Positions 29,135 to 38,775 of a DNA stretch of 64,000 nucleotides are shown here, in pieces. How positions within the stretch are numbered: position 1 is the stretch's first letter; each line of letters starts with the position of its first letter. The stretch is from Candidatus Altiarchaeales archaeon. Lineage in GTDB: Archaea > Altiarchaeota > Altiarchaeia > IMC4 > SCGC-AAA252-I15. The position numbers and the translations under genes are program-made. Where the stretch lies: the NCBI GenBank assembly GCA_014727915.1, contig WJMO01000004.1, positions 1 to 64,000 of the forward strand, written 5' to 3'. The notes under the pieces were generated by a model. The model ran no database searches, was not told where the DNA came from, and saw nothing but the letters and a program-made list of their open reading frames with translations.

Positions 29135-29989
29135 TCATCTCAGCAGGTCAGCCCAGGTGAGCTTCCTCTCAGGCTTCCTTACGCCCGGCTCGCCTTTTAT
29201 GCCGCCCAGTTCGCCGGCTACGGCTATGGCGTGGTCTATGCCGCCAAGCTCGTCTATGAGGCCGTTCTCCTTTGCTTCAACGCCCAGGTAGATGCTGCCC
29301 TGGGCGACGGATTCGACCTCCTCTACGGTCATGTCCCGGTTCTCAGCCACGTCTGAGACGAAGCTGTCGTATACTATGTCTATTATCCGCTGCATCTCAG
29401 CTTCCTCGTCTTCGGTCATGGGCCTGAAGGGGCTGCCGATGTCCTTGCTCTTCCCGGCTTTTATGACCGTGACGTTTACTCCGATCTCGTCTAACAGCTC
29501 ATAGTAGTGTTGTATGAACGTTACCACGCCGATGCTGCCTGTGATGCTGTTCTCGTCGGCCACTATCCTGTCGGAGGCGGATGCCGCGTAGTATGCCCCG
29601 GACGCTCCTACCTCCCCGATCCAGGCGACAACAGGTTTTTTCGTGTTCCTGACGGCTCTCATAAGCTCCCTGGAGGCTACCACGTTCCCGCCGCCGCTGT
29701 ACACGTCCAAGACGATCGCCTTTACCGTGGGGTCCTTGTCTGCGTCCCTTAGCTGCTTTTTGATGGTGTCCACCTGGGCGCAGCTTTCCATGTACAACAG
29801 GCTGCCGGGGCAGCTGCCCATGGTTATGGTGCCGTGGATTGGTATTACAGCCACGTCCCCGCCGGTTCCAAGTTCCGGGACGTTGAATCCGCTGAGCAGG
29901 GCTGCTATGCTGAATGCCACCACCATAACGAAAAGCCCCAACACCGCGAAAGTCACCACAACCTTCCAGAATGTCTTCATAAAAACCAA
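29135..29989 (-). CDS. sppA: Signal peptide peptidase SppA (S49)
   Basis: SGGG, ASGAYY.AS, TGSIGV, K.G..K, GLIDELG. Confidence 0.93.
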   Translation of the reverse strand: MVFMKTFWKVVVTFAVLGLFVMVVAFSIAALLSGFNVPELGTGGDVAVIPIHGTITMGSCPGSLLYMESCAQVDTIKKQLRDADKDPTVKAIVLDVYSGGGNVVASRELMRAVRNTKKPVVAWIGEVGASGAYYAASASDRIVADENSITGSIGVVTFIQHYYELLDEIGVNVTVIKAGKSKDIGSPFRPMTEDEEAEMQRIIDIVYDSFVSDVAENRDMTVEEVESVAQGSIYLGVEAKENGLIDELGGIDHAIAVAGELGGIKGEPGVRKPERKLTWADLLR

Positions 29990-30030
29990 GCCTCGTGTAG
30001 GGTATACTATAAAACTGAGCTATAAAAGCC

Positions 30031-31653
30031 TTAGTATGGGTTTGGAAGGGCGGTGAACTGGTGCAGTTCCCTCGTGTTGTTCTTATCGCCTGTTGGCGTG
30101 TATTCGTACAGCCATGTGACGTTATCCTCTGTCCCTGGGGCCTTGATGGTTCCCTTGAATGTTAGGGGGGCTGTTTCTATGGGCTGGTTGACGAATGTGA
30201 CCAGCACCTTTTTGCTTTTGTCCATCATGTAGTCGCAGGTGAAGCCGAAGGAGTTGATGTTGTGGGCGTCGCAGGTCTTGAATTTTCCAAGACCGTTCTC
30301 CTGGTATTTCCCCGGGTCGAAACCTGAAACAAATGAGAATATGACGTTGTTGATCGGCGCGATCACGACCTCATCGTATGTTCCGGCGTTCTCGTATGCG
30401 TATGTGGCCGCCCTCTCAAGGCCGTATCTCTCATACTCCTGTGGTTGCATTTTGTAGTAGACTGTGGGGAATGGGAGCATGTTCAGAGCGAACAGCCCAA
30501 GTACCGCATATGCCATTGTATTTGCGTGTTTGTGTTTCTTTATCCTGTCCATGAATGATGTTATCCCGTAGGCCGTGATTATCTGAAGAACGAAAACGGA
30601 TTCCACATAACGTTGAATGTGGGTTGCGTATTCTAGGAGGCTTGCTGGTATGGGCGAGATGAGAAGCCAGAATAGGAGATACTTAATTTCCTTGTCCTCT
30701 CGCCTCTCCCCTAGCATTATGTACAGGCCGAATATTATGAACGGAAGTTGCATGTGGTAAAGTCGCCCATAGGGTGATATGGGCGTTCTACCCCACTTGT
30801 CCTTTTTGTCTATGAATAGGGTGTCCGTCATATATGTGAGGTAGTTGCGGCCCATGCTGCCTATCTTGGCTATGGCGTTCATGTCTCCACCCTGGACTCT
30901 CACCTCATTGTACCTTGCCAATACCATGTCTTTGGATGTTAGGATGGAATATGCCATCGGAGCGGTCAACAATGCGAACACTAGCAATGCTGTTGCGGTC
31001 TCCTTTTTGAATATCTCCTTTCCCCTGGTCTTGTGCAGTAGGATGAACCCCATGAACAACAGCACGGACGTTATCACCATCTTTAGATGGAAGTAGACGC
31101 TTATTCCGAAAACTGCGCCCGCCAATATGAGGTGCCTGTCGTTGTCGAGGCTTTTATAGCAGAAGTATACGCCCAACAGCGTGAGGAATGTATAGTAGCC
31201 TACCTCGTAGGCTTGGGTGCTTATCACAAGATGCCATGGTGAAAAGGCGAGCAGTATCGAGCTTGCCACAGCCGTCCTACGGTCGAATATCCTCTTCACA
31301 AGCAGATATAGTATCGGGATTGCTGCCGAACCTAGAAGTGCGACTGTGATTCTGAGGCCGAACTTGCTCGGGCCGAACAGCGCGATTCCCGGTATGGTGG
31401 CGTACACGCTTAGTCCTGGCCTGTTCTCTCCGCTCCCCCTGAAAAAGACTGGTGTCCGGATGCCAGTTGTGTCCTTTCCCGTCCTTAGTATCGAATATGC
31501 CTCGTATCCTATGAAGGCTTCGTCACCTGTGATGGCGTGGATCGAACCAAGCCCGTATAACCTCATAAGGAGGGATATTAGGATGATCACGCCGATTATG
31601 CGGGTCTCATGTCTTTCTATGAAGTCTCGCCTGCTTTTTACCCTCTTCCCCAT
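30031..31653 (-). CDS. GT-C fold (PMT/ArnT-like) polyprenyl-phosphate-sugar glycosyltransferase
   Basis: R.YGL...DEA...Y.AYSI..TG.D, multi-TM, SPWH; start moved to 31653. Confidence 0.85.
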   Translation of the reverse strand: MGKRVKSRRDFIERHETRIIGVIILISLLMRLYGLGSIHAITGDEAFIGYEAYSILRTGKDTTGIRTPVFFRGSGENRPGLSVYATIPGIALFGPSKFGLRITVALLGSAAIPILYLLVKRIFDRRTAVASSILLAFSPWHLVISTQAYEVGYYTFLTLLGVYFCYKSLDNDRHLILAGAVFGISVYFHLKMVITSVLLFMGFILLHKTRGKEIFKKETATALLVFALLTAPMAYSILTSKDMVLARYNEVRVQGGDMNAIAKIGSMGRNYLTYMTDTLFIDKKDKWGRTPISPYGRLYHMQLPFIIFGLYIMLGERREDKEIKYLLFWLLISPIPASLLEYATHIQRYVESVFVLQIITAYGITSFMDRIKKHKHANTMAYAVLGLFALNMLPFPTVYYKMQPQEYERYGLERAATYAYENAGTYDEVVIAPINNVIFSFVSGFDPGKYQENGLGKFKTCDAHNINSFGFTCDYMMDKSKKVLVTFVNQPIETAPLTFKGTIKAPGTEDNVTWLYEYTPTGDKNNTRELHQFTALPNPY

Positions 31654-31695
31654 AATAAACCACTTACCTTTATGATTATCTTGAATAGGATAAAT

Positions 31696-32532
31696 ATGCT
31701 TCAGATGATGGTGAAAGCAGGTCTCATGAGGTCGGCAATGGCGTTTCTCATTGTTTGCTCGCTTTTGGCTATCCCCTGTTCTGGGGCGTCTGAAGAGTAT
31801 GAACGCCACATAGCAAAGGGCAGGGCTTATCTTTCGGAGGGTTTGTTGGGTGAGTCGGAGAGCGAATTCTCAAAGGCCGTAATGCTTGACCCCATGGAAC
31901 CTACAGGATTAAACAACCTCGGCGTCGTATACTTGAAGCAGGAAAGGGTCTCTGAGGCTATTGACCTGTTCAACAGAGCCTTGCAGCTGGACCCTGGTTC
32001 AAAATCCATCAAGATGAACCTGGCGGCAGCCTATGAGAGCTCTGGGGATGAGTCGAACTTTCTGAGGATAATGGGCAGTATCGAGGATCCTGACGTCCAC
32101 TATGGCTTGGGCAGATCCTTTGCCGAAAAAAAGGACCATGACCGGGCATATTCGGAGCTGTCAGCCGCTTTGGAATTGGACCCAAACCATTATGATTCCC
32201 TTAAGCTGTTGTCAATATTGCTCTATGAGAATGGCTCATATGATAAGGCAATACTCGTATCTAAACGGGTCTTGGAGATAAACCCACGGCACATCTATTC
32301 GATGATTTTGGCCGGTGACTCATACTTGGAGCTTGGTGAATATGAGAAAGCATCCGACTACTACAATGCCGCACTTAGAGCAAATCCTGGCTATGAGCTT
32401 GCCAAGTCAAAAATCAAAATAGCGAAAGGCGACGTCGAACACGAGAATCGTGAGAGGGCAGGTTATGCTATCTTCTACCTTTCATTGGCAGCTGGTGCTG
32501 GACTGGCGTACTTCCTTCATAAGACCGAGTGA
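31696..32532 (+). CDS. Secreted TPR-repeat protein with C-terminal TM anchor
   Basis: Signal peptide, about six TPR units (NNLG..Y, A..LDP), C-terminal hydrophobic helix. Confidence 0.85.
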   Translation: MLQMMVKAGLMRSAMAFLIVCSLLAIPCSGASEEYERHIAKGRAYLSEGLLGESESEFSKAVMLDPMEPTGLNNLGVVYLKQERVSEAIDLFNRALQLDPGSKSIKMNLAAAYESSGDESNFLRIMGSIEDPDVHYGLGRSFAEKKDHDRAYSELSAALELDPNHYDSLKLLSILLYENGSYDKAILVSKRVLEINPRHIYSMILAGDSYLELGEYEKASDYYNAALRANPGYELAKSKIKIAKGDVEHENRERAGYAIFYLSLAAGAGLAYFLHKTE

Positions 32533-32549
32533 TAAAGAGGGGTTTTTTG

Positions 32550-32563
32550 GCGGCCGTCGGGAT
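32550..32563 (-). repeat. 14-bp copy of the tRNA-Gly 3' end
   Basis: gcggccgtcgggat identical to 32632-32645. Confidence 0.75.
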
Positions 32564-32630
32564 CCCGCAACTCTTCGAGTTGCTTAATCCCGTCGGTTTT
32601 CGACATGTGTCTGCTGTCGATGTGCTCTGA

Positions 32631-32704
32631 TGCGGCCGTCGGGATTCGAACCCGAGTCGCAAGATTGGCAACCTCGAGTGATAACCAGGCTACACTACGG
32701 CCGC
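32631..32704 (-). tRNA. tRNA-Gly (GCC)
   Basis: GCGGCCGTAGTGTAGCCTGGTTATCACTCGAGGTTGCCAATCTTGCGACTCGGGTTCGAATCCCGACGGCCGCA folds as a cloverleaf. Confidence 0.93.
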
Positions 32705-32808
32705 GTTTGTAAGATTATCCGCCCGTGATTTGGGTTTCATGTTTTTTCTGTGGTATCGAGCGAACGGAGTGATCGAAGATGGCACCTTAGTCGCCGGCTA
32801 ACTCCGAC

Positions 32809-32827
32809 CTACACTACGGTCGCGTTT
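32809..32827 (-). repeat. 19-bp copy (1 mismatch) of the tRNA-Gly 5' end plus leader
   Basis: ctacactacggtcgcgttt vs ctacactacggccgcgttt at 32690-32708. Confidence 0.75.
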
Positions 32828-32917
32828 TTTGAGGTAATTAATAGGTCCTGCTGTCTTTATATATGTTTGCCTATCTTGATTTAAGGCATTGGGTATAATA
32901 CTCTTGTGTGATGTGAG

Positions 32918-33919
32918 ATGTGGGGTTTGTTAACTGTTTTGGCAGCGTCTTTCGCAGCGACTTATATGATGGTTCCCTGGCTTATCCCTCGGCTTTTGAA
33001 GGCTGGCATCAAGGGTAGGGACATGAACAAGGAGGGTGATGTGGTTGTCCCTGAGATGGGGGGCTTCGCCATAATCGGGGGTTTTGTGGTTGGTGTCCTG
33101 TTGGCTATCGCATTGACCACCTTCAATCTAGTGGACGTTGGCATGGACCTCAGCCTTGTGTTAGCGTCTTTATCCACTATTCTGATCATGGCGTTGATCG
33201 GGGTCATAGACGACCTTTTCTTGATGACCCAAAAGGTGAAGGCTTTGCTGCCAGTATTCGCTGCTCTCCCCTTGGTTGCGGTGAAGGCCGGTGTCACCTC
33301 AATGGAGTTCCCATTGGTTGGTGTTGTGGACTTTGGAATACTTTATCCTCTTCTTCTCGTTCCTATCGCGATCACTGGCGCTGCCAATGCGACCAACATG
33401 CTGGCTGGCTTCAACGGCTTGGAGGCTGGGCTCGGAGCCATAATGTGTTTGACTGTCGGGTCTATCGGCTGGTATTTTGGAAGGGTTGAAGCGGTAGTGT
33501 TATCTCTTGCAATGCTCGGCGCTCTTTTTGCGTTTCTCAGTTATAACTGGTATCCTGCCAAAATCCTAATCGGGGACATTGGAACGTTATCGATTGGTGC
33601 GGTGGTCGCTTCATCGGTTATTGTCGGTAACCTGGAGAGCGTTGGTATAATTCTAATGATGCCTTTTTTTGCGGAGTTATTTCTAAAGGCTCGGAGCGGC
33701 TTCCAAGCCGATTCATGGTGTGAAGTTAAGGATGGGAAACTGTTTTGTGAGAAGAAATCTGAGAGATACGGGTGGGGTAGGCTTTTAATGTACTACTATG
33801 GTGGCGCTTCTGAAGTCAAGATTGTCTTCACGATTCTAATAGTTGAAATATTAATTGCTTTAATAGCATTTTCGTACATATTTCTGGACTTGTTTGGCGT
33901 GAGAGTTTTGGGTATGTGA
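32918..33919 (+). CDS. aglH: UDP-GlcNAc:polyprenyl-phosphate GlcNAc-1-P transferase (AglH/MraY-like)
   Basis: G.DMNK..VPEMGG, IDD, NATNMLAGFNGLE, YPAKI..GD.G. Confidence 0.9.
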   Translation: MWGLLTVLAASFAATYMMVPWLIPRLLKAGIKGRDMNKEGDVVVPEMGGFAIIGGFVVGVLLAIALTTFNLVDVGMDLSLVLASLSTILIMALIGVIDDLFLMTQKVKALLPVFAALPLVAVKAGVTSMEFPLVGVVDFGILYPLLLVPIAITGAANATNMLAGFNGLEAGLGAIMCLTVGSIGWYFGRVEAVVLSLAMLGALFAFLSYNWYPAKILIGDIGTLSIGAVVASSVIVGNLESVGIILMMPFFAELFLKARSGFQADSWCEVKDGKLFCEKKSERYGWGRLLMYYYGGASEVKIVFTILIVEILIALIAFSYIFLDLFGVRVLGM

Positions 33920-33920
33920 T

Positions 33921-35084
33921 ATGAAGGCGTGCATGGTTTCGAAGCACTTCCAGCCCTACTCTGGGGGTTTGGAGGTGCGTGTTTTGGAGTTGGCTCGTTG
34001 GCTGGCCGACCGTGGGGAGGACGTTCTTGTCCTGACATCCCATGAACAGGGCACAGCGGATGTTGAGGACATGCACGGGTTCAGGGTGTTGAGGTCTAGG
34101 GCGTGGTTCTCCTTGTCCAATGCTCTTTTTACCCCGGGGATACTGTTGGACCTGTTGAAGTCGGACTATGATTTCATCGACGTTAACCTGCCCGATCCGG
34201 TCAACAGCATATTCGCGTTTGTGGCTTCATTGTTGCGTGGCAAGCCGTTGTTCGTGACATACCATGCTGACATAGTCCGTGGCGGGTTGATGAATGTCGT
34301 GTTCAAGCTGTTCTATAATCCGATACAGTACCTTGTTTTGAAGAGGGCTCGGCGGATCTTTGCTACTTCCCCGAACTATGCGGAGTCCTCGCCTGCTGTC
34401 AGCAGGTTCATGGACAAGGTCGTTGTCGCACCCAGCTTCATATCTCCGGAGCGGTTCAACACCGGCGTGGACGCTCTGGTGTTGCGGAGGTCCCTAGCAG
34501 CTTCTGACGAGAAGCTAGTCCTGTTCGTGGGCAGGCTGGTTCCATACAAGGGAGTTGACGTTCTGCTGGAGGCTTTCTCGAAGATACTCGGCCATGTCAC
34601 GGCCAGGCTTATCATTATCGGCTCTGGAGAGCTTGACGGGGAGCTTAAGGCAAAGGCTTCAAATCTCGGTTTGGAGGACCATGTTAACTTCAGGTCCGAG
34701 GTGGGTGACGGCCTATTGCCAAAATACTATATGGCATGTGACCTGCTAGTCCTGCCTTCTGTGACGAGGCAGGAGGCTTTTGGTCTTGTGTTGGTGGAGG
34801 CCATGGCATGCGGCAAACCTGTCATATCATCGGATTTCTCTGGCATGCCATATGTTGTCGGGGATGCGGGCCTGCTTGTTGAGCCTGGGAACCCTGAGAG
34901 GCTGGCCAATGCGATTCTTAGAATCCTGTCGGACGACTCCTATGCCGAGAATCTCGGTTCGAAGGCTGTGAAAAGGGTCGGGGAATTGTTTACCAGGGAT
35001 GTTGTCTGCGAGAGGATATTGGAAGTATATAAGTCAGGTGTTGTAAAAGATAAGGATGATTTTAAGGAGCAGGGCGCCGGTTAG
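33921..35084 (+). CDS. Glycosyltransferase family 4
   Basis: GGLE, VGRLVPYKG, EAFGLVLVEAMA. Confidence 0.93.
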   Translation: MKACMVSKHFQPYSGGLEVRVLELARWLADRGEDVLVLTSHEQGTADVEDMHGFRVLRSRAWFSLSNALFTPGILLDLLKSDYDFIDVNLPDPVNSIFAFVASLLRGKPLFVTYHADIVRGGLMNVVFKLFYNPIQYLVLKRARRIFATSPNYAESSPAVSRFMDKVVVAPSFISPERFNTGVDALVLRRSLAASDEKLVLFVGRLVPYKGVDVLLEAFSKILGHVTARLIIIGSGELDGELKAKASNLGLEDHVNFRSEVGDGLLPKYYMACDLLVLPSVTRQEAFGLVLVEAMACGKPVISSDFSGMPYVVGDAGLLVEPGNPERLANAILRILSDDSYAENLGSKAVKRVGELFTRDVVCERILEVYKSGVVKDKDDFKEQGAG

Positions 35085-36066
35085 GATCAGCTTTGCCGGT
35101 GGTGGGACTGATGTTTCCCCCTATACGGAGGAGCATGGGGGTTGTGTCGTGAGCGCTACGATAAACAAGTACGCTTGGGGTAGCCTAGAGCTGAGGGAGG
35201 ATCCGGAGATACACTTGAAGGACAGTCACATACCCTTGACAAAGTTCAGATCATTGGAAGACCTGGAATATGGCGGTCCGTTGGACCTGTTGGCTGCCGT
35301 CGTGAAGAACATGCACTCTGGCAGAAATGGTGTGAACCTGGTCCTACGCGGTGACATACCGCCACGCAGCGGTCTCGGCTCTTCTGCAGCCGCTTTCGTA
35401 TCATTGATAGGATTGTTCAGTCATATGCGAAGGGAGAACCGTATGACAGACTATGACATTGCCGAGTACGCTTTCGACCTCGAGCGGGAGGAGTTGGGAA
35501 ACAAGGGGGGCCGCCAGGACCAGTACGCGTCGGTCTTCGGGGGTTTGAACTATATCGAGTTCCGCGGCGACGATTTCGTGCGGGTTAACCCCTTGAGGAT
35601 AAAGAAGGATTACATACTTGAGCTGGAGAAGAACCTGTTGCTGGTCCATGTCATGAAGAGGAGCAAGTCCGGTGACATCATATCCGACCAGGTTAACAGG
35701 TATGTTGAGAAGAAGAAGTCCGTGGTTGATGCCCTGAACAGCGTCAAGTCCCTGGCGGAGGAGACCCACCGCGCTTTGCGGAAGGGAGATCTGAACAGGT
35801 TCGGGGAGCTGTTGCATGAGGGTTGGGTGGAGAAGAAGAAGTTCAGCCCCCTGATGAGCAACGAGTTCATAGACAAGACCTATGACATAGCGCGCAAGCA
35901 CGGAGCCCTCGGCGGTAAGATATTGGGTGCTGGCGGAGGGGGTCACATGATCTTCTACTGTGAGTCTGGCAGGGAAGAGGACGTGGCCGACAAACTCACA
36001 GAGGCTGGCGCGGCCGTAAGGAGCTTTAGCTTTGACATGCATGGTCTTCAGACGTGGGAGGTGTAG
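35056..36066 (+). CDS. GHMP sugar kinase, HddA-like (heptose-7-phosphate/sugar kinase)
   Basis: RAPVRISFAGGGTD, PPRSGLGSS, GG.QDQY, GAGGGG. Confidence 0.88.
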   Translation: MILRSRAPVRISFAGGGTDVSPYTEEHGGCVVSATINKYAWGSLELREDPEIHLKDSHIPLTKFRSLEDLEYGGPLDLLAAVVKNMHSGRNGVNLVLRGDIPPRSGLGSSAAAFVSLIGLFSHMRRENRMTDYDIAEYAFDLEREELGNKGGRQDQYASVFGGLNYIEFRGDDFVRVNPLRIKKDYILELEKNLLLVHVMKRSKSGDIISDQVNRYVEKKKSVVDALNSVKSLAEETHRALRKGDLNRFGELLHEGWVEKKKFSPLMSNEFIDKTYDIARKHGALGGKILGAGGGGHMIFYCESGREEDVADKLTEAGAAVRSFSFDMHGLQTWEV

Positions 36067-36068
36067 GT

Positions 36069-37238
36069 GTGCGGCTGGGTTACGTATGCCAGTATTTCAC
36101 CCAAGACTACAGGGGTCCGGTTACCAATCTATTGGATGAGCTTTCAAAGGATATTGAGGTGTGCAATTACTCGTCGGCTGAGAAGCACATGCAATACTAC
36201 GGTGGCGGAGTCCATGAGGAGAAGACCGAGAAAGTGAGTGACAATCTCGTCCTCCGCCGGTACGAGAACCGTCTGAAGATTTCGGGTTTGTTGTTCCCCC
36301 GGAACCTTATGGAATTAATCTCCGAGGACCGGCCTGACATCCTGCAGTCCGAGGAATACTATCAGCCGGCCAGCCATCAGGCCTTCAGATACGCCAGGCG
36401 AAACGGCATACCGTTCATATTCAACCACAGGGGTAGCGAGCCGAGGACCCGGACCTTGAGGGAGCGGTTGTTCTTCAACCTTGCCAACCCCTTGAGCAAG
36501 GGTCTGGTGCGGGATTCCAACGCCATCGTATGCCTCTCCCAGTCCGGGAAGAACGTCATATCCGGCGTCTACCCCGGCGTCGAGGGAAAGACCCATGTAA
36601 TCCCCAACTCCATAGACCCTGACGCCTATTCGGGAGCTGATGGCGGGAAGTTCAGGATGGAACATGGCGTCCCATCCGATATTCCGCTGCTGTTGTGCGT
36701 TGCCCGCCTTCACCCGCAGAAGAGGGTCGACCTCCTGGTAAGGTCTTTCGCCATGGTGAAGGAGGACGTGAGGGATAGCATGTTGTGTGTGGTCGGCCCA
36801 TGGTTCGAATCTGAAAAGAAGAAGATCGACTCCCTAATCTCTGATCTGGGGTTGGATGATGTGGTGTTCACCGGCTCCATACCCAATGAAAGAGTTAAGG
36901 ACGCCTACGCGGCAGCGGACGTTGTTGCCCTCACATCCGAGTATGAGCCCTTCGGCTACTGCCTGCTCGAGGCGATGGCGCAGTCCAAGCCTGTTGTGGC
37001 GTTTGACATCGGCGCTGTATCCGAGATAGTCGAGGACGGCGTGACAGGCTATGTCTCGCCCTTCCCCGACACTGAGGCACTCGCGTCAAAGGCGATATCA
37101 ATGTTCGAGGACGGGGCCCTGTCCAAGAAGATGGGTTCAAATGCTTTGGAGCGTGTTAGAGAGCGCTTCCTCTTGTCTGAGAACGCCGCGAGGCTGGTCG
37201 GACTATATGAGGAGTTGCTGGAATATGATGGCGGATGA
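36069..37238 (+). CDS. Glycosyltransferase family 4
   Basis: ARL.PQK, EPFGY.LLEAMA. Confidence 0.92.
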   Translation: MRLGYVCQYFTQDYRGPVTNLLDELSKDIEVCNYSSAEKHMQYYGGGVHEEKTEKVSDNLVLRRYENRLKISGLLFPRNLMELISEDRPDILQSEEYYQPASHQAFRYARRNGIPFIFNHRGSEPRTRTLRERLFFNLANPLSKGLVRDSNAIVCLSQSGKNVISGVYPGVEGKTHVIPNSIDPDAYSGADGGKFRMEHGVPSDIPLLLCVARLHPQKRVDLLVRSFAMVKEDVRDSMLCVVGPWFESEKKKIDSLISDLGLDDVVFTGSIPNERVKDAYAAADVVALTSEYEPFGYCLLEAMAQSKPVVAFDIGAVSEIVEDGVTGYVSPFPDTEALASKAISMFEDGALSKKMGSNALERVRERFLLSENAARLVGLYEELLEYDGG

Positions 37239-38775
37239 TATCTCACTCAGGGACGTGATGCTCCGGGCGAGCCTGATAATGATAGTGGTACTCGTCACCA
37301 CAAAGGCTCTGGGTTACCTCTTCCACTTCTGGTTTGTGAGGAACTTCCCCCAGGAGGTGTACGGTTCCTTCATCTACCTGTGGACTGCAGGATTGTTCCT
37401 ATGTGGTTTCCTGTTGCCGAACATCGCAGCCTCCATCTCACGCTATGTCGCATACTACCGGGGCAGAGGGGACAGCAAGGGTGTTGACTCTACCATAAGA
37501 ACCGGTCTGATAATAAACATGGCTTGGATGTCGGGTGTGATAGTACTGATAGCCCTTGCATATTCCTACGGTTTTATGCCGAAGATTCACGATCCGCGTT
37601 CTTTCCTTTTTGTGGTTGCGGTCCTTGTCCTCACTTCAGTCACCAACCTCCTATCCGGGGTTCTTAACGGATACAGGAAACCTGAAGTAGCCTCGGCTTT
37701 CAACCTTTTGCTAAATGTGCTTCGATTCATAGCGTTGGTTGCGGCTGTTTTCCTAGCTTCCTCCCTGCTGGGGGTCATGGCCTTCGTCATCCTGGCCTTC
37801 CTTCTATACGCGTTATTCCTTGCCTCACATATAATGGCCAAATATGGCCTCGGATCGTCATATGACCGGGGTTTGTCCTGGACTCTGCTGAGTTTCGGCT
37901 TGTTTACCATATTCTACGAGACAGGTAATAATCTCCTCCAGTGGGCTGACATATTCTTGCTTAACCTCTTCATCGGCCCGGCGGTGGTGGCAGTCTATAA
38001 CATATCATGGCTCGCCTCCACAACGAGCCTCATCTTCTTCATATCTGCCGTCCAGATATTCAGGCCGATTGTTACCGAGTTCTTCGGTTCCGGCAGGAAG
38101 GACATGATAGGATACGTCACTTCATACCTCTTCGAGTCGTTTTTCCTATTGTTCATGCCTGTGTTCCTGTCGGTCGTCTTGTTCGCCCGTGAGCTGCTGG
38201 TGTTCTTCTTCAACCCGGACTATGCATCGGGGGTCGTCCCACTCCAGATACTCTCCATAGGCGCATTCTTCACAGGCCTGGGTTTGTTGTATGTGGAGCT
38301 CATAAACGCGGAGGGCAAACCAGCTGTTAACGCGCGGAACATCGGTGTCTCAGCGGTTTTGAACGTCATGTTGAACCTGTTCCTCATACCCTCCTATGGG
38401 ATGGTCGGCGCGGCCTTCGCAACCCTCTCCTCATCCTCTCTACTGTTCCTACTCTCATACCGGCACGTGTCCCAGGTTGTCAGACTGTCCTACTCCAAAG
38501 CCCGGATAGTGAAGCTTGTAGCATCTTCGTTCATCGCGGTGGTTATCGTATCCTCTGTAAAAGCAGCCATCGACCATTCCATACTATCGCTTATAGTCTC
38601 GGTCCCGTCCTTGTTCCTACTGTACCTGCTCCTCCTCATAGGGTCAAGGTCTCTGCGTTCCGAGGACACGGGCTTGGCCGACGCTTTCATGGAGAAGATA
38701 ATGCTGCCGGATTCTATTAGGTCTTCTGTTTCCAGCTTTCTTGAGCGGGGCGTTCAATCAACCAGTTCCCCGTAG
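37225..38775 (+). CDS. Oligosaccharide flippase (Wzx/MOP family)
   Basis: About 14 TMs; N..LN.FLIP.YG.VGAA.AT; start moved to 37225. Confidence 0.9.
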   Translation: MMADDISLRDVMLRASLIMIVVLVTTKALGYLFHFWFVRNFPQEVYGSFIYLWTAGLFLCGFLLPNIAASISRYVAYYRGRGDSKGVDSTIRTGLIINMAWMSGVIVLIALAYSYGFMPKIHDPRSFLFVVAVLVLTSVTNLLSGVLNGYRKPEVASAFNLLLNVLRFIALVAAVFLASSLLGVMAFVILAFLLYALFLASHIMAKYGLGSSYDRGLSWTLLSFGLFTIFYETGNNLLQWADIFLLNLFIGPAVVAVYNISWLASTTSLIFFISAVQIFRPIVTEFFGSGRKDMIGYVTSYLFESFFLLFMPVFLSVVLFARELLVFFFNPDYASGVVPLQILSIGAFFTGLGLLYVELINAEGKPAVNARNIGVSAVLNVMLNLFLIPSYGMVGAAFATLSSSSLLFLLSYRHVSQVVRLSYSKARIVKLVASSFIAVVIVSSVKAAIDHSILSLIVSVPSLFLLYLLLLIGSRSLRSEDTGLADAFMEKIMLPDSIRSSVSSFLERGVQSTSSP

